Source: Alphaproteobacteria bacterium
GTDB lineage: Bacteria > Pseudomonadota > Alphaproteobacteria > Bin95
Direction of reading: 5' to 3'
DNA: 64,000 bases
Assembly: GCA_030833925.1 (NCBI GenBank)
Contig: JAURGE010000001.1
Location: 79,535 to 143,534 of the forward strand
Below, in pieces: positions 27,864-40,324 of this stretch; the stretch's first letter is position 1; each line of letters begins with the position of its first letter. The notes below the pieces were generated by a model. The model did not search any database. It was not told the DNA's origin and saw only the letters and a program-made list of their open reading frames with translations. The position numbers were made by a program, and so were the translations under genes.

Positions 27864-29654
27864 TTAGTAAACGCGCTCTTTCGGGGCGATATACTCAATA
27901 TCGTCCGAAAGGGTGTATGTATGAACGGGTCTATAATCGAGGCGTACTTTATGCTTCTCATCTACATACGCCAGCGTATGTTTCATCCATTCCTCATCAT
28001 TGCGGTCTGGATAATCCTCATGAGCATGTGCGCCACGACTTTCATGACGTGCTTCCGCTCCCATAATGGTGGTAAGCGCACAATCCATAAGATTTTCGAG
28101 TTCCAGAGCTTCAACTAGGTCTGAATTCCAAATCATCGATCTGTCGTTGACCTTTATGTCCTCAAGAGCTCCAGCTTGTTGGTCCATCAATCTGCATCCT
28201 TCTTCAAGGACTTTAGCGGTACGGAACACGGCAGCATTGTTTTGCATAGTCCGTTGCATGCCGTCCCTGATTTCAGCAGTTGAGGTTGAGCCATCAGCAT
28301 TGCGGAGCCGGTCTAGTCTTGAAAGAGCTAGGTCATCGCTGCCTGGTTTTAGATCCGGTTGCTTTGCTCCTGGGGTTATATTATCGCCGCAGAAAAGACC
28401 GGCTGCGCGACCAAAGACGACAAGATCAAGAAGAGAGTTTGCCCCAAGTCGGTTGGCGCCATGTACAGAGACGCTAGCGCATTCACCAACAGCCATTAAA
28501 CCAGGAACGATAGCTGCAGGGTCATCAGCCGTGGGCCGAAGAACTTGGCCGTGATAGTTAGTTGGCACGCCGCCCATGTTATAGTGGACTGTCGGCAAAA
28601 CAGGTATCGGTTGTTTTGAAGCATCGACACCAGCAAAGATCCTGGCTGTCTCGGTAATGCCTGGTAGACGTTCTTCCAGTACTTCTGAGCCCAAATGCTC
28701 TAGGTGAAGATAAATGTGATCAGCACCAGCACCAACGCCACGGCCTTCGCGAATTTCGACAGTCATTGAGCGCGCAACCACGTCACGGCTGGCAAGGTCT
28801 TTTGCAGTTGGAGCATACCGCTCCATAAAGCGCTCACCCTCTGAATTGGTTAGATAACCACCTTCGCCTCGCACGCCCTCAGTGATCAGACAGCCTGCAC
28901 CGTAAATTCCGGTTGGATGGAATTGAACAAATTCCATGTCCTGATTAGGTAGTCCAGCGCGGGCAACCATGCCGTTGCCGTCTCCCGTGCAGGTGTGGGC
29001 GGATGTAGCCGAAAAGTATGCGCGACCGTACCCACCCGTCGCCAGGATTACGGTCTGGGCACGAAAGCGATGAATTGTTCCATCATCCAGGTTCCAAGCA
29101 ACGACGCCACGGCAGGACCCATCATCATCCATAATGAGGTCGATCGCAAAATACTCTATAAAGAACTCAGCATTATTTCTGAGGCTCTGCTGATACAGAG
29201 TGTGCAGAAGGGCATGTCCGGTTCGATCCGCAGCTGCAGCAACACGTTGCGCTGGGGTTTCACCGAAATTCCGCATATGACCACCAAAAGGACGCTGATA
29301 GATTTTACCTTCGGGTGTACGACTGAAAGGAAGACCGTAATGCTCGAGCTCGATAACAGAAGGCACCGCCTGACGACACATATACTCAATGGCATCCTGG
29401 TCGCCTAGCCAGTCTGATCCCTTAACAGTGTCGTACATATGCCATTTCCAATTGTCTTCCGACATATTGGCAAGGCTCGCAGCAATTCCGCCCTGGGCGG
29501 CGACGGTATGGCTACGGGTTGGGAACACTTTAGTTACACAAGCGGTTTTTAAGCCCGCTTGGACGCAGCCAAAAGTAGCGCGTAAACCCGCTCCACCAGC
29601 ACCGACCACTACAACGTCATAAGTATGATCAACAATATCGTAGGACTGAGTCAC
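27864..29654 (-). CDS. sdhA: succinate dehydrogenase flavoprotein subunit
   Basis: 596 aa. The FAD-binding N-terminus (GAGGAGLRA) is readable and the sequence is SdhA-like throughout. Confidence 0.95.
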   Translation of the reverse strand: MTQSYDIVDHTYDVVVVGAGGAGLRATFGCVQAGLKTACVTKVFPTRSHTVAAQGGIAASLANMSEDNWKWHMYDTVKGSDWLGDQDAIEYMCRQAVPSVIELEHYGLPFSRTPEGKIYQRPFGGHMRNFGETPAQRVAAAADRTGHALLHTLYQQSLRNNAEFFIEYFAIDLIMDDDGSCRGVVAWNLDDGTIHRFRAQTVILATGGYGRAYFSATSAHTCTGDGNGMVARAGLPNQDMEFVQFHPTGIYGAGCLITEGVRGEGGYLTNSEGERFMERYAPTAKDLASRDVVARSMTVEIREGRGVGAGADHIYLHLEHLGSEVLEERLPGITETARIFAGVDASKQPIPVLPTVHYNMGGVPTNYHGQVLRPTADDPAAIVPGLMAVGECASVSVHGANRLGANSLLDLVVFGRAAGLFCGDNITPGAKQPDLKPGSDDLALSRLDRLRNADGSTSTAEIRDGMQRTMQNNAAVFRTAKVLEEGCRLMDQQAGALEDIKVNDRSMIWNSDLVEALELENLMDCALTTIMGAEARHESRGAHAHEDYPDRNDEEWMKHTLAYVDEKHKVRLDYRPVHTYTLSDDIEYIAPKERVY

Positions 29655-29658
29655 GTCC

Positions 29659-30039
29659 TCACCCTCCGAAGCTAAGTTTTATTACAGAGAACACGGAAGC
29701 TGCTCCAAAGAAGAAAGCAGCACCCTTCATGATCCAAAGAGTTGCCAGTTTCATGCCATGCCCGTGAATATAATCTTCAATTACAACCTGAAGTCCAAGC
29801 TGAGCGTGGTGAAAGCCTGCTATAAGGGTAAGGATCATCATTACCGCATTAAATGGAGATGATAACCAAGATTTAATGGCCGCTAAATCAGCGCCTATGA
29901 GGCTGATAAGCGAAACAACAAACCAAAGTGTGAGAGGCACTAAAGCCACCGCGGTCATCCGCTGAACAATCCAGTGGTGCGTGCCTTCTTTAGCAGACCC
30001 GAGTCCGCGGACCCTAGCAAGCGGGTTTGTCATAGACAT
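29659..30039 (-). CDS. sdhD: succinate dehydrogenase hydrophobic membrane anchor
   Basis: 126-aa 3-TM protein in the sdhCDAB gene order. Confidence 0.8.
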   Translation of the reverse strand: MSMTNPLARVRGLGSAKEGTHHWIVQRMTAVALVPLTLWFVVSLISLIGADLAAIKSWLSSPFNAVMMILTLIAGFHHAQLGLQVVIEDYIHGHGMKLATLWIMKGAAFFFGAASVFSVIKLSFGG

Positions 30040-30052
30040 CTCAATTTTTCCT

Positions 30053-30436
30053 TTAAGCCACCAGGGCCAGTATCCAAGCGATAGCTGTCAGCACACCTGA
30101 GGACGCAACGACAAGCAGACCGGATTTATAAGCATCCTCTAGCTCTAGATTGCGGCCAGTGTCCCAAGCTAAATGGCGAATTCCGTTCGCCAGATGGTAG
30201 AACAGCGAAAATGTAAAGCCCATGAAGAAGAGATTGCCGATGATTGATCCTGCAAACCATTCAAAGGTTTCGTAGTAGTCACCACCGGTTGCCGCGGCAG
30301 TCAACCACCATGCAATGTAAATAATGCCTATCGAGAGCACTATGCCGGTGCCACGATGCAAGATAGACAAAAAAGACGTCCATTGAGGACGGTATATCTG
30401 TAGGTGCGGCGATAGCGGACGATTGTCTGCTGCCAT
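30053..30436 (-). CDS. sdhC: succinate dehydrogenase cytochrome b556 subunit
   Basis: 127-aa membrane protein with the RPLSPHLQIY motif typical of SdhC. Confidence 0.85.
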   Translation of the reverse strand: MAADNRPLSPHLQIYRPQWTSFLSILHRGTGIVLSIGIIYIAWWLTAAATGGDYYETFEWFAGSIIGNLFFMGFTFSLFYHLANGIRHLAWDTGRNLELEDAYKSGLLVVASSGVLTAIAWILALVA

Positions 30437-30571
30437 GGCTCCCCTCCTAAAAAGGCGTCTGCTGCTGCAAACTTTTATACGTTTTAATTCACTAGGCTTT
30501 AATAAGAAATAACCGAACTTTCTCGGAATGGTAGCCTAAATAAGATTTTAGCCTTCCACCATCAACAAAAT

Positions 30572-32503
30572 TCAGCTGCTGGGCTGCGGCGCTGGCTCCC
30601 CACCTGGTTCTGGCCCGCGGCGTCTTTTTCCGCCTGGGATAGAAGAGCGTGGACCAGCACCCGTGGGCGCTCCCGTAGGTGGTTCAGTTGGTTTAGCCCG
30701 ATCTATAGGGTCACCCCGTAAAAGGGCATCTATTTCTGCTCGATCGAGTGTTTCATGCTCAAGAAGTGCTTCAGCAATCATTTCAAGCTGATCACGGTGT
30801 TTCTCTAGAATCCGTCGGGCTTCGGCTTCGCCTTCTTCCACAAAACGTCTTGTCTCCGAGTCAATCACAGCGGCAGTTGCATCGGATACGTTTTTGCGCT
30901 GAGTGACTGAGTGACCGAGGAAAACTTCTTCTTCATTATCCGCATAGCGTAATGGCCCAAGTTTGTCCGAGAAGCCAAACTCTGTAACGAGCCGCCTAGC
31001 ATACTGGGTGGCAACCTTTATATCCTGAGCTGCTCCCGTGGTGACGTTCTCTGCTCCAAAAATCATGTCTTCAGCTACGCGACCACCGAAGGCGCTCGCT
31101 ATCAACGCTCGAATTTCAGTTATTGACTGAGAAAGTCTGTCCCGCTCTGGGAGGTACATAGCCAATCCAAGCGCACGGCCGCGCGGAATAATTGTTACCT
31201 TATGAAGAGGTTCATGTCCTTTTACATGCAACATCACAACAGCATGGCCGGCTTCATGATACGCAGTTAATTTCTTCTCATCCTCGGACATCACCATGGA
31301 CCGCCGTTCTGCGCCCATCAGGACTTTATCCTTGGCATCCTCCATTTCCGACATAGTTACTGTGCGTTTATTGCGCCTTGCTGCCATCAACGCTGCTTCG
31401 TTCACAAGGTTGGCAAGATCAGCACCTGAAAATCCCGGTGTGCCGCGCGCAATTACTCTTGCATCTACATCGCTATCAAGTGGAATCTTGCGCATATGAA
31501 CCTTGAGGATTTGCTCTCGACCTCGAATGTCCGGATTTGGCACAACAACTTGCCTATCAAAGCGACCGGGACGCAGAAGAGCAGGGTCAAGGACATCTGG
31601 ACGGTTGGTGGCCGCAATAAGGATCACGCCTTCATTTGCCTCAAAACCATCCATCTCTACTAACAGCTGGTTTAACGTTTGCTCACGCTCATCATTGCCG
31701 CCGCCCAGGCCGGCGCCACGATGTCTGCCCACTGCATCAATTTCATCGATAAAAATAATACAGGGTGCGTTCTTTTTTCCCTGTTCGAACATATCACGGA
31801 CACGGCTTGCGCCGACACCCACAAACATTTCTACAAAGTCTGAGCCAGAAATAGTGAAAAACGGGACGTTCGCCTCACCAGCAATCGCTCTAGCCAATAG
31901 AGTTTTACCAGTACCAGGAGGGCCAACCAACAGACATCCCTTTGGTATTTTGCCGCCAAGTCTTTGAAATTTCTGTGGATCACGCAGAAATTCAACAATT
32001 TCAGAGAGCTCACCTTTCGCCTCTTCAATTCCCGCGACGTCCTCAAAGGTTACCCGACCAGATTTTTCAGTGAGGAGCTTAGCTTTTGACTTGCCAAAGC
32101 CCATTGCTCTGCCGCCGCCAGACTGCATGCTCCGCATGAAGTAAATCCAAACCCCAATCAACAGCAGCATCGGAAACCAAGAGATCAGGACAGACAGCAG
32201 CCTGCTTTCTTCCTCGGGAGATGCCGTTACGTTGACGCCAGCATCTATTAAGCGCTGAACCAACTGAGGATCATCAGGGGTGTAGGTCTGAAAAGTTGTT
32301 CCGTCCGATAGGCGTCCAGAAACATTTCTGCCTTGAATGACAGCCTCTTGAACGCGCCCATCCTTTACCTGAGTAACAAACTCGGAATAGCGTAATTTGG
32401 TCGAGCCACTTTGAAAGCTTCCGCCCTGGAATGCTTGGAAGAGAAGAACAAGAGCTACAAAAATAGCAGCCCATATCAGCATGTTTTTGGAAATGCCCTT
32501 CAC
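30572..32503 (-). CDS. ftsH: ATP-dependent zinc metalloprotease FtsH
   Basis: AAA+ Walker A (GPPGTGKT), the SRH region, and the HEAGH zinc motif. Confidence 0.95.
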   Translation of the reverse strand: MKGISKNMLIWAAIFVALVLLFQAFQGGSFQSGSTKLRYSEFVTQVKDGRVQEAVIQGRNVSGRLSDGTTFQTYTPDDPQLVQRLIDAGVNVTASPEEESRLLSVLISWFPMLLLIGVWIYFMRSMQSGGGRAMGFGKSKAKLLTEKSGRVTFEDVAGIEEAKGELSEIVEFLRDPQKFQRLGGKIPKGCLLVGPPGTGKTLLARAIAGEANVPFFTISGSDFVEMFVGVGASRVRDMFEQGKKNAPCIIFIDEIDAVGRHRGAGLGGGNDEREQTLNQLLVEMDGFEANEGVILIAATNRPDVLDPALLRPGRFDRQVVVPNPDIRGREQILKVHMRKIPLDSDVDARVIARGTPGFSGADLANLVNEAALMAARRNKRTVTMSEMEDAKDKVLMGAERRSMVMSEDEKKLTAYHEAGHAVVMLHVKGHEPLHKVTIIPRGRALGLAMYLPERDRLSQSITEIRALIASAFGGRVAEDMIFGAENVTTGAAQDIKVATQYARRLVTEFGFSDKLGPLRYADNEEEVFLGHSVTQRKNVSDATAAVIDSETRRFVEEGEAEARRILEKHRDQLEMIAEALLEHETLDRAEIDALLRGDPIDRAKPTEPPTGAPTGAGPRSSIPGGKRRRGPEPGGEPAPQPSS

Positions 32504-32590
32504 GAATTTTCTCTCTTTTGTTTTCTTGGCATGAGCGGAATCGATGCGTGAGTTATTTAAGTCACTATAGAGATAAGTCGCCAGTCTGTC

Positions 32591-33889
32591 TTAACAAGGT
32601 GTTATTGGCCTCGGTGGGTGGAACTGCACTTTTAAACAAATTCCATCAACTATAGAACTTTTAGACTGAAGTGATGGTCCCGCTATCAGCTTATCTTCTT
32701 TCCAAAGACCAGGAAGTGCGGCAAGCACTGCTCGCGGGGCAGTGGAGTCAAGGAGAATTCGTTTACCCATTGCTTCCATTTGTCTTAGGCCTTCATAGCT
32801 CATAAACCTTACTTCGGTGCCTTCAGGCCAAAATGGTTCTACGGTAACATCAAACCGTCCATCCCACTTGCCAGGCTGTTCTAAGTTTGGCGGGTGCGTT
32901 TTACCAGGCTCTCTCCAAACTGAAAGCTGTTCTTGGCGGCGAGTTACAATACTTCCTCCAATAGTCAGTTTTGCTTTTTTTCCCGAAAGGATCTGATCTA
33001 ATGCGGCTTGGACTCGATCCTGTCTTGGGGGCATTTCACGACCACCTATTGCGTGGACTGTTCGTGCGAAAAGCCGGAGTGCAATCACTGAAGGAGCTTG
33101 AGCCATACTTGGTATTGATATCCTAGCCCAACCCAGTGGCGAAAAGGTGAGCGTGTTTGCCGCCAGCTCAGCCACGGTAATTTCAAGCGCGGCGTCTTCC
33201 TGTGCGAGCCTGGTAGTCGTCTCTGAGAGTCGATTGGCTCTGGCTTCAGTCATTTGTGCCCTTACCCTCGTGCGGGAATAGGCTAAATCAGCATTGCTGG
33301 GATCATAGGCTATCGGAACACCACGCAGGTTTGCTGTGGCCTCCAATTGACCTTTTGAAAAGCTTAAAAGGGGTCGAATTAACCTCGCCGCACCGATTCC
33401 CCGAGCTGATGAAATTCCAGAAAGACCTTTGATGCCGCTTCCTCGCTCCAGATTTAGGACCATCGTCTCAGCCTGATCGTCCCGATGATGGCCGGTGAGA
33501 AGATGAAGAGCTCCTAGTTGGCGGGTTACATTCCCAAGAACTCGATAACGTTCCCGTCTGGCCCAAGCGGGTTTGCCAGTTTTGGGGGCTGGACCGGATA
33601 GGCGTTCTGATGTGGTGGCTATTCCGAGCTTTTCTAAGGCTTCCGCCGCAACACGGATTTCATTTGCAGATTCCTTGCGCAACCCGTGATCAATTAAGAT
33701 GGCGTGGGCGGAGCCGCCACATGCACAGGCCCATTCGTTTGCCAAGATGGCAAGTGCCATGCTGTCTGGACCGCCAGACACCGCTACAGCAAGCAAAGGA
33801 TGCGGCTCGAAGGGGGCCAAAGTTTCCATGGCTTTGGCAAACGCCTCGAGCGACACAGGTTCAAGAGACCTGTCTGGTCCCAAACCCAT
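32591..33889 (-). CDS. tilS: tRNA(Ile)-lysidine synthetase
   Basis: PP-loop motif SGGPDS and a TilS-like domain arrangement. Confidence 0.85.
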   Translation of the reverse strand: MGLGPDRSLEPVSLEAFAKAMETLAPFEPHPLLAVAVSGGPDSMALAILANEWACACGGSAHAILIDHGLRKESANEIRVAAEALEKLGIATTSERLSGPAPKTGKPAWARRERYRVLGNVTRQLGALHLLTGHHRDDQAETMVLNLERGSGIKGLSGISSARGIGAARLIRPLLSFSKGQLEATANLRGVPIAYDPSNADLAYSRTRVRAQMTEARANRLSETTTRLAQEDAALEITVAELAANTLTFSPLGWARISIPSMAQAPSVIALRLFARTVHAIGGREMPPRQDRVQAALDQILSGKKAKLTIGGSIVTRRQEQLSVWREPGKTHPPNLEQPGKWDGRFDVTVEPFWPEGTEVRFMSYEGLRQMEAMGKRILLDSTAPRAVLAALPGLWKEDKLIAGPSLQSKSSIVDGICLKVQFHPPRPITPC

Positions 33890-34647
33890 CAGCCACAGTT
33901 CATGGATTGGCGTTCACGAGATGCGACACCGGTTATTCTGGGTGGGGCATCACTGTAATCGTTGAGTAGCTTTTTGAGGCTAATACACGCTTCTTTATTT
34001 TTACCCAACTTACTAAGGGAGAGGCTCAGCTTGAGAAGATTGTCGGGTGCTTTAGGCCCGCGTATATCACTCTGCCAGGCTTCGAGAAATGTTGTTGCAG
34101 CTTCTTGATATCGCTGCCGAGCGTAAAGGCTTTCGCCAATCCAGTACCGCGCATTGCCCGCAAGTTTGTGTTTCGGGTGATGTTGAAGAAACGCTTTAAA
34201 AGCCTGTCCCCCAGCTTCAAAGGAGCCGCGCCTCAGAAGGCCGAAGGCCGCATCGTACTCCACTTGAGCGTCTCCTACGGGCAATAAGCCAGGTGCGTTT
34301 TCCGTTTTGTCCATTTCCTGAGGTTGTGGTGAAGGGGCGGCGGAAGCTTCGTTCATCGCCGGCACCTGTGTCTGTCCCATACGAGCTGCCAGCTCTGCTT
34401 CTAACTTTTCGATGCGTTGGTCGGAGCTACGAAGCTGGAACTGCAGGCTTTCTATAGCACCGGTTGCTTCGCGAAGTTGACGATCGAGCCCCTGTAATCG
34501 CTCTTCTAGGCGCTGTCGGTAGTCGAGGTCAGTTGAAGCTGGCGCCTGTGCCGCGACGGGAGGCAAAACACGTTGTGTCGTTTGGGCTGACAAAGGCAAC
34601 CAAATGGCAACTACCATTACACCAGCTGAAGCAATTATTTTTCGCAT
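33889..34647 (-). CDS. ybgF: tol-pal system protein YbgF/CpoB (coiled coil + TPR)
   Basis: Signal peptide, a coiled-coil region, and C-terminal TPR repeats. It sits at the end of the tol-pal cluster. Confidence 0.8.
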   Translation of the reverse strand: MRKIIASAGVMVVAIWLPLSAQTTQRVLPPVAAQAPASTDLDYRQRLEERLQGLDRQLREATGAIESLQFQLRSSDQRIEKLEAELAARMGQTQVPAMNEASAAPSPQPQEMDKTENAPGLLPVGDAQVEYDAAFGLLRRGSFEAGGQAFKAFLQHHPKHKLAGNARYWIGESLYARQRYQEAATTFLEAWQSDIRGPKAPDNLLKLSLSLSKLGKNKEACISLKKLLNDYSDAPPRITGVASRERQSMNCG

Positions 34648-34690
34648 GCCGCCACGCTATCACGACATTACGCCAAATCTATGGCGCCTA

Positions 34691-35215
34691 CTAGCGAACC
34701 ACAGCGACGCTTCGACGGTTTTTAGCCCAAGCTTCCTCATTAGAGCCAAGTGCGTCTGGACGCTCCGTGCCGTAGGAAACTGTGCTTACACGATTAGCCT
34801 GGACACCTAGTGACGTTAGGTAATCTTTCACCGTGTTGGCGCGGCGTGCTCCTAATGCAAGGTTATACTCGCGAGTTCCCCGCTCATCAGCGTGGCCTTC
34901 AATTTCAATCTGAACGTTTTGGTGTTTTTTCATCCAATCCGCCCACGTTCCAGCCATTGCTTGCGCCTCTGGCGATAGGTCGTAGCGATCTGTTTCGAAG
35001 AAAACACGATCACCAATCGAAGCTTGAAGCTCCTCCTGACTGCCTGGAGCAAATGTAGAGCTTGTCGTTGTGGTAACATCCCGCGAAAGTTGGCCTGAGT
35101 TTGAGCCAGCGCTGGCTCCTGATGCAGACCCGCTAGAAGCGGCCTGGTCGTTTGATGCCGCGCAAGCGCTGATTAATAAACCTAGGCAAATTACGGCTAA
35201 ACTCTTCAGCTTCAT
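34691..35215 (-). CDS. pal: peptidoglycan-associated lipoprotein Pal (OmpA-like)
   Basis: Lipobox (LLISAC) and an OmpA-family C-terminal domain. The start is set at MKLKSL; the longest ORF would extend to 35260. Confidence 0.85.
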   Translation of the reverse strand: MKLKSLAVICLGLLISACAASNDQAASSGSASGASAGSNSGQLSRDVTTTTSSTFAPGSQEELQASIGDRVFFETDRYDLSPEAQAMAGTWADWMKKHQNVQIEIEGHADERGTREYNLALGARRANTVKDYLTSLGVQANRVSTVSYGTERPDALGSNEEAWAKNRRSVAVVR

Positions 35216-35340
35216 CTTTAGCTTCCCCAACATGCAGCGCTGACAATGTTCTTCCAACATTTATCCAGACGCTTTGGTCTCTTATGTAGTACTTTAACCT
35301 AACCGATACCTCAAGGGCAGTTTGTATAAGTTTGTTAATC

Positions 35341-36666
35341 CTATGGTGAAAGTGGTGACCAAGCAGGATCTGAAGCATCGCCTGGCGTCACAATCTCCCT
35401 GGGTTCTCCACCAGCTACATCAACAATAAAAAGGCGACTTCGACCACCACGACCCTTACGATCAGTTGGAGTGCGTCTGAAAAACATAATAACGCGACCA
35501 TTCGGTGCCCACGTTGGAGACTCTTCGAAATATGACTGAGACAACATTTTTTCGTTGGACCCATCCGATCGCATTACCCCGATTCCGAACTGACCTCCTT
35601 CAATTTTCGTGAAAGCAATAAGGTCACCGCGCGGAGACCACACGGGGGTAGCATATCTACCGCCGCCAAATGATATCCGCCTGGCGTTACCTCCATCAGC
35701 TGACATTACATAGAGCTGCGGAGTGCCACCTCGGTCCGAGTTAAAGACAATCTCTCTCTGATTGGGAGAGAACGAAGGTGAGGTATCGATTGCTGGGTGA
35801 TCAGTTAGCCGCTCTCTGCGTCGACTTCGAAGATCGAGGGCAAATACATCCGAATTGCCACGCTGTTCTGCTGAAAACAGCAGTTTGTCACCGTCTGGTG
35901 AGAAACGCGGGGCGAAAGTCATCCCGTCAATTGGTCCTAAGGTTTCGTCTTGATTAGTATCGACATTCAGAATTCTAACCCGTGGCCGTCGGCCGGCATA
36001 AGACATGTATGTAATTTCTTGGCGAGAAGGCGAAAAGCGCGGCGTCAGAACAAGATTTCTTCCATTAGTGAGATATGAATGATTTGCTCCGTCTTGGTCC
36101 ATTATTGCCAACCGTTTTACCTTCCGATCGGCCGTACCGGATTCCGCGACATAAACTATTCGGGTATCAAAGTAGCCTTTTTCCCCTGTTAACCATTTGT
36201 AAACGGTGTCAGCGACCAAATGTGAGATGCGCCGCCAATTTTCCCGCTGTGTGACGTATGCTTGGCCAACAAGTTGGACTTCACCGAGTACATCCCAGAG
36301 GCGAAACTCAACACGAATTCGACCATCAGGTTCATTGCCCACTGTTCCAACAACTAGTGCCTGGGCGTTGATTTGACGCCAATCTGGGAAACGAGGTGCA
36401 ATCGTCGCAGCTGCAGGGGTTTGTATGAATGCGGATGGATCGATGGCTCGGAAAAGTCGTGAGCTTTCAAGATCAGCAATTGCAACGTCTGCTAGATCCC
36501 GGCCCATGTTTGGCGACGCTCCGTTTTTAGTCACAAATGGAGCAAAAGCGATGGGCAGGGGTTCGCGAAGACCATCCTCTACAGAAACTCTCAATTGAGA
36601 CATTGCTGGTTTGAAGGCACTCAAAATCAAAACCAGAGGGATGAGAATTTTAAGAATTCGTGCCAT
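35341..36666 (-). CDS. tolB: Tol-Pal system beta-propeller protein TolB
   Basis: 441 aa with a signal peptide and repeated WD-like PD40 motifs. Confidence 0.9.
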   Translation of the reverse strand: MARILKILIPLVLILSAFKPAMSQLRVSVEDGLREPLPIAFAPFVTKNGASPNMGRDLADVAIADLESSRLFRAIDPSAFIQTPAAATIAPRFPDWRQINAQALVVGTVGNEPDGRIRVEFRLWDVLGEVQLVGQAYVTQRENWRRISHLVADTVYKWLTGEKGYFDTRIVYVAESGTADRKVKRLAIMDQDGANHSYLTNGRNLVLTPRFSPSRQEITYMSYAGRRPRVRILNVDTNQDETLGPIDGMTFAPRFSPDGDKLLFSAEQRGNSDVFALDLRSRRRERLTDHPAIDTSPSFSPNQREIVFNSDRGGTPQLYVMSADGGNARRISFGGGRYATPVWSPRGDLIAFTKIEGGQFGIGVMRSDGSNEKMLSQSYFEESPTWAPNGRVIMFFRRTPTDRKGRGGRSRLFIVDVAGGEPREIVTPGDASDPAWSPLSP

Positions 36667-36676
36667 CCGAAAACTC

Positions 36677-37705
36677 CTAGCCTGTGTACTTACGGGGATC
36701 GAAGGTAATGTTCATTTCTCGCCAGTCGCGATACTTGTCTAGAGGCAACGTCAAGATACCAGCTTTATTAAATGGATCGCATTTCCGAATAGCCTGTTCG
36801 GCTCTTTGGGTTGCGACGTTGCCAAATTGACCCGGGGGCCTTTTCACTACTTCTACTTGGTCAACTTCAGACGTTGGCAATAATCGGATGCGCACCTCAA
36901 CCACAAGGTCTTCTGCGCCTGGCGCTCCCTTGAGAGGAGTCCAACACATTCCGAGGCGAGATGCGATAGCTTGTTGGATGGTGTTGGAGAGTGGGCCTGT
37001 GGATACGCCAACGCCCAACGCATCAGCAATTGCACTCATTCCATCATTCTCAGGAACCGACCCTATCGCTCCACCAATAAGATTAGCGAATGCGTCATTT
37101 GGATTTTCCTGAGATTTAGGAGGCAAAGGAGTCTGGGTTTTTTGGGATTTTGTAGCCTCTTTCACAGGCGATTTGGTTTCAACCGGCCGTTGAGGTGGTG
37201 GCTGGGTTTTTTGAGCCTGAGCGCTAGGTTTTCTTGAATTCTGCGTCTTTACATCGCGTGGAGTTGGCGCCGGAGCCTTCGGTTTTGGTTTCTTTTGAGG
37301 AAGAAGAGAGGCAGTTGATAAGTCTTGCGCTGGTGCAGCTCGTTTTGGTGGCAGTGGCCGAGAAGGAGGCTTGGGAGAGGCTGTGCGCGCTTGGGGTTTT
37401 GTCGCCCGTTTTGGCTCTGGTACTTGAGGTGAGTCTAATTGGGATGCGGAGGCTGATTTTGCATTCTTAGGTTGGACGACCGCTGTGGATTTCGATTTGG
37501 CTTGGGCAGCCTTGCTGTTTTCAGCGTTTTTTGGTGCCGGTAATTTGCCCCTGGACATCTCTGCAAGCTGAACATCGCTTATGATGCCAATATTGTTGGC
37601 TGCAATGCCGTCGTCTTCTGGCTGAAAAAAACTTGGTAGCCCAAACATCATCACTAAAATCAGGGCACAATGGCCCAGAAATGAGACGAGTAAGTTACCA
37701 TGCAC
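36677..37705 (-). CDS. tolA: cell envelope integrity protein TolA
   Basis: N-terminal TM helix, a long Pro/Lys/Ala-rich domain II, and a C-terminal TolA domain. Confidence 0.8.
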   Translation of the reverse strand: MHGNLLVSFLGHCALILVMMFGLPSFFQPEDDGIAANNIGIISDVQLAEMSRGKLPAPKNAENSKAAQAKSKSTAVVQPKNAKSASASQLDSPQVPEPKRATKPQARTASPKPPSRPLPPKRAAPAQDLSTASLLPQKKPKPKAPAPTPRDVKTQNSRKPSAQAQKTQPPPQRPVETKSPVKEATKSQKTQTPLPPKSQENPNDAFANLIGGAIGSVPENDGMSAIADALGVGVSTGPLSNTIQQAIASRLGMCWTPLKGAPGAEDLVVEVRIRLLPTSEVDQVEVVKRPPGQFGNVATQRAEQAIRKCDPFNKAGILTLPLDKYRDWREMNITFDPRKYTG

Positions 37706-37709
37706 TGGC

Positions 37710-38150
37710 TCAGCGTCCTGACCCGGGTGTTTCAGCTACGAGAGAGAGCTTTGTTACGCCAGATTTTACAAGAGCACCCATCACCTCCATGACCTCACCG
37801 TACGCTATACCCTTATCTCCGCGCACGTAGACCGTGCCGTCCGGTTTTTCCGCACGGATTGCTTTTAGTGTGGCTATTAGAGCCTCCAGGCTGCGCTCTG
37901 TCTCTTGAAGGAATATGCGACCCTCGCCGTCCACCGTAATTATCAGCGGCTCGTCTCGGTCAACAAGTTGTGCAGCGGCTGTTTTGGGTAGTTCTACAGG
38001 TACGCCAACAGTTAGAAGGGGTGCTGTGACCATAAAAACAATAAGCAATACCAGCATGACATCAACGAAGGGCGTAACATTTATTTCAGCCAAAGGTTTA
38101 TGGCGCCCCCGCCGGTTTCCGATGCCACCTCCAATAAGGCCGCCTGCCAT
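37710..38150 (-). CDS. tolR: TolR (ExbD/TolR family)
   Basis: 146 aa with a single TM helix and an ExbD/TolR-like sequence. Confidence 0.85.
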   Translation of the reverse strand: MAGGLIGGGIGNRRGRHKPLAEINVTPFVDVMLVLLIVFMVTAPLLTVGVPVELPKTAAAQLVDRDEPLIITVDGEGRIFLQETERSLEALIATLKAIRAEKPDGTVYVRGDKGIAYGEVMEVMGALVKSGVTKLSLVAETPGSGR

Positions 38151-38153
38151 AGT

Positions 38154-38867
38154 TTATCCCTCCTCATCGATCTGACGGGAAAGAATTGCCTGGAAGTCTC
38201 CGGCAAAAGTTTCGAGCCGGCCTGAATAACGGTTCATGTCTGCAGCGAATTTATTGTACGCAAGAGAAGCTGGAATTGCTGCAAAAAGGCCCATCGCAGT
38301 TGCAAACAGGGCCTCTGCTATACCAGGCGCAACAACGGCAAGATTGGTGGTTTTCTCTGCGGCTATGGCGCCAAAGCTATTCATAATGCCCCAGACAGTT
38401 CCAAAAAGGCCAATGAATGGTGCTGTAGAACCAGTGGATGCCAGAACCGTCATGCCTTTTTCGATCAATGACATTTCGCGCGCAATAGCAACGGACATCA
38501 CCCTGTCCAGTCGATCTTTCAACCCAATACCAAAGTTTTTCTTCGTTTCGTTTTTTGCAGCTCGGCGCCACTCCCGCATTGCCGCAGAAAAAATGGTTGT
38601 CATTGGATCTGACGGATTAGTGCTAACCCGGTCATACAACTCGTCGAGTGAGCCACCGGACCAAAAGGCATCTTCAAAATCAGAAGCCTCACGGTTTAGC
38701 TGAGCTACTAAACGCCACTTGGCAACAATTACAGCCCAGCACCACACTGAAAGTGCTAATAAGATTGCCATAACGGTCTTAACAATGAAGTCCGCTGCAA
38801 GAAACAGTTCTATCGGCGAGAGGCCGCCGGACTGGCTAATAGTCTCGGATACGATTGTATTATTCAT
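38154..38867 (-). CDS. tolQ: TolQ (MotA/TolQ/ExbB proton channel)
   Basis: 237 aa with 3 TM helices and a TolQ-like sequence. Confidence 0.9.
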   Translation of the reverse strand: MNNTIVSETISQSGGLSPIELFLAADFIVKTVMAILLALSVWCWAVIVAKWRLVAQLNREASDFEDAFWSGGSLDELYDRVSTNPSDPMTTIFSAAMREWRRAAKNETKKNFGIGLKDRLDRVMSVAIAREMSLIEKGMTVLASTGSTAPFIGLFGTVWGIMNSFGAIAAEKTTNLAVVAPGIAEALFATAMGLFAAIPASLAYNKFAADMNRYSGRLETFAGDFQAILSRQIDEEG

Positions 38868-38900
38868 GATTTATATGTCTCCAGCCAAAAAAGGGCGGAA

Positions 38901-39299
38901 CTATGGCGTTGTGGTAAGAGCAGTTGGTAGCCTTACGGGATTTCCGACTGCATCTAAGCATGCCACTCGAACTTTCAGGTTAGCTAGGATTTGGTCTTCA
39001 CGAGCCACCATCTGGTTAAAATTCACGCTGGCAGGCCTAACAAGGGCTATCTCTGTTGTGACTGTCAATCTGTCATCAAGATAGGCGGGTTTCAAATAAT
39101 CTATCGAAAGAGACGTAACGACGAATCCTAAACCTAGATCACTTCGCATCTTCTGCTGATCAATCCCAAGGTTACGCACAAACTCAGACCTGCCGCGCTC
39201 AGCAAAACGAAGATAGGCCGCGTGGTAAACAATTCCGCCAGCGTCCGTGTCTTCATAGTACACGCGAATTGAAAGATTTTGAGGCGTGGACTTATTCAT
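38901..39299 (-). CDS. ybgC: tol-pal associated acyl-CoA thioesterase YbgC (4HBT family)
   Basis: Hotdog fold with the YxEDTDxxGIVYH motif. Confidence 0.8.
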   Translation of the reverse strand: MNKSTPQNLSIRVYYEDTDAGGIVYHAAYLRFAERGRSEFVRNLGIDQQKMRSDLGLGFVVTSLSIDYLKPAYLDDRLTVTTEIALVRPASVNFNQMVAREDQILANLKVRVACLDAVGNPVRLPTALTTTP

Positions 39300-40324
39300 C
39301 AGCTGAATAGGTCCGACTCACCCGCGTCTTTTGGGGGAGCAATCCCTATCGCCTCGTAACCCTTGGCTGGCAGTATACGGCCCCTCGGAGTTCGCAGGAC
39401 AAAGCCCTGCTGGATAAGAAATGGTTCTATGACATCTTCTATTACATCTCGCTGCTCAGCGAGTGCGGCGGCCAGTGCTTCTGCTCCCGCAGGCCCCCCG
39501 TTATAGCGCTCTGCTAAGCATTGGAGATAGCGCCTATCCATGGCGTCTAATCCCTCTGAATCAACCTCTAAGCGTCGCAGCGCCCGATCAGCCGCTGCTG
39601 CATCTATCGTTCCCGAGCCTTCAACTGCAGTAAAATCCCGAACTCGGCGCAGCAGGCGTCCTGCAATTCTTGGGGTGCCACGGGCCCGCCTTGCAATTTC
39701 TTCTGCTCCATCTGAAGCCATTGAGGCGCCAAGAATACCAGCACCACGCATAACAATGCGGGTTAATTCATCGACGGTGTAAAAGCCCAGCCTCAATGGA
39801 ATTCCAAATCTATCTCGCAGTGGACCTTGAACCAAACCCGCTCGTGTCGTCGCAGCGACCAGTGTAAAGGGGGGTAAGTCAATTCGCACCGAGCGCGCTG
39901 CCGGTCCTTCTCCAATGATTAGGTCCAGGTGAAAGTCTTCCATTGCAGGATAGAGAATTTCTTCGACAGCGGGATTAAGGCGATGAATTTCGTCAATGAA
40001 GAGCACGTCGCGAGGCTGTAAATTGGTAAGTAGCGCCGCGAGGTCACCGGCGCGTGCAACTACCGGTCCCGAAGTTGCCCTAAATCCCACACCAAGTTCA
40101 GCTGCTACAATCTGTGCGAGAGTTGTTTTGCCAAGACCTGGAGGACCAATTAAAAGGACGTGGTCAAGAGCATCGCCCCTAGTCTTTGCTGCTTTTACGA
40201 AGACCTCCAGGTTCTCCCGCACCTTTGCCTGTCCCACAAAATCCGACAGACGTTCTGGCCGCATAGACGCGTCGCCTGGATCGTCATCATGGGCGAGTGC
40301 ATCAATGAGGCGGTCTTCGGTCAT
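39299..40324 (-). CDS. ruvB: Holliday junction branch migration ATPase RuvB
   Basis: Walker A motif [11 protein letters not shown] and a RuvB-like sequence. Confidence 0.95.
   Translation of the reverse strand: MTEDRLIDALAHDDDPGDASMRPERLSDFVGQAKVRENLEVFVKAAKTRGDALDHVLLIGPPGLGKTTLAQIVAAELGVGFRATSGPVVARAGDLAALLTNLQPRDVLFIDEIHRLNPAVEEILYPAMEDFHLDLIIGEGPAARSVRIDLPPFTLVAATTRAGLVQGPLRDRFGIPLRLGFYTVDELTRIVMRGAGILGASMASDGAEEIARRARGTPRIAGRLLRRVRDFTAVEGSGTIDAAAADRALRRLEVDSEGLDAMDRRYLQCLAERYNGGPAGAEALAAALAEQRDVIEDVIEPFLIQQGFVLRTPRGRILPAKGYEAIGIAPPKDAGESDLFS

Noticed and set aside
37000-37500. Repetitive Pro/Lys/Ala-rich stretch that looks like a DNA-level repeat
   Set aside because: This is the low-complexity domain II of TolA (compositional bias at the codon level), not a tandem repeat element or CRISPR-like array.
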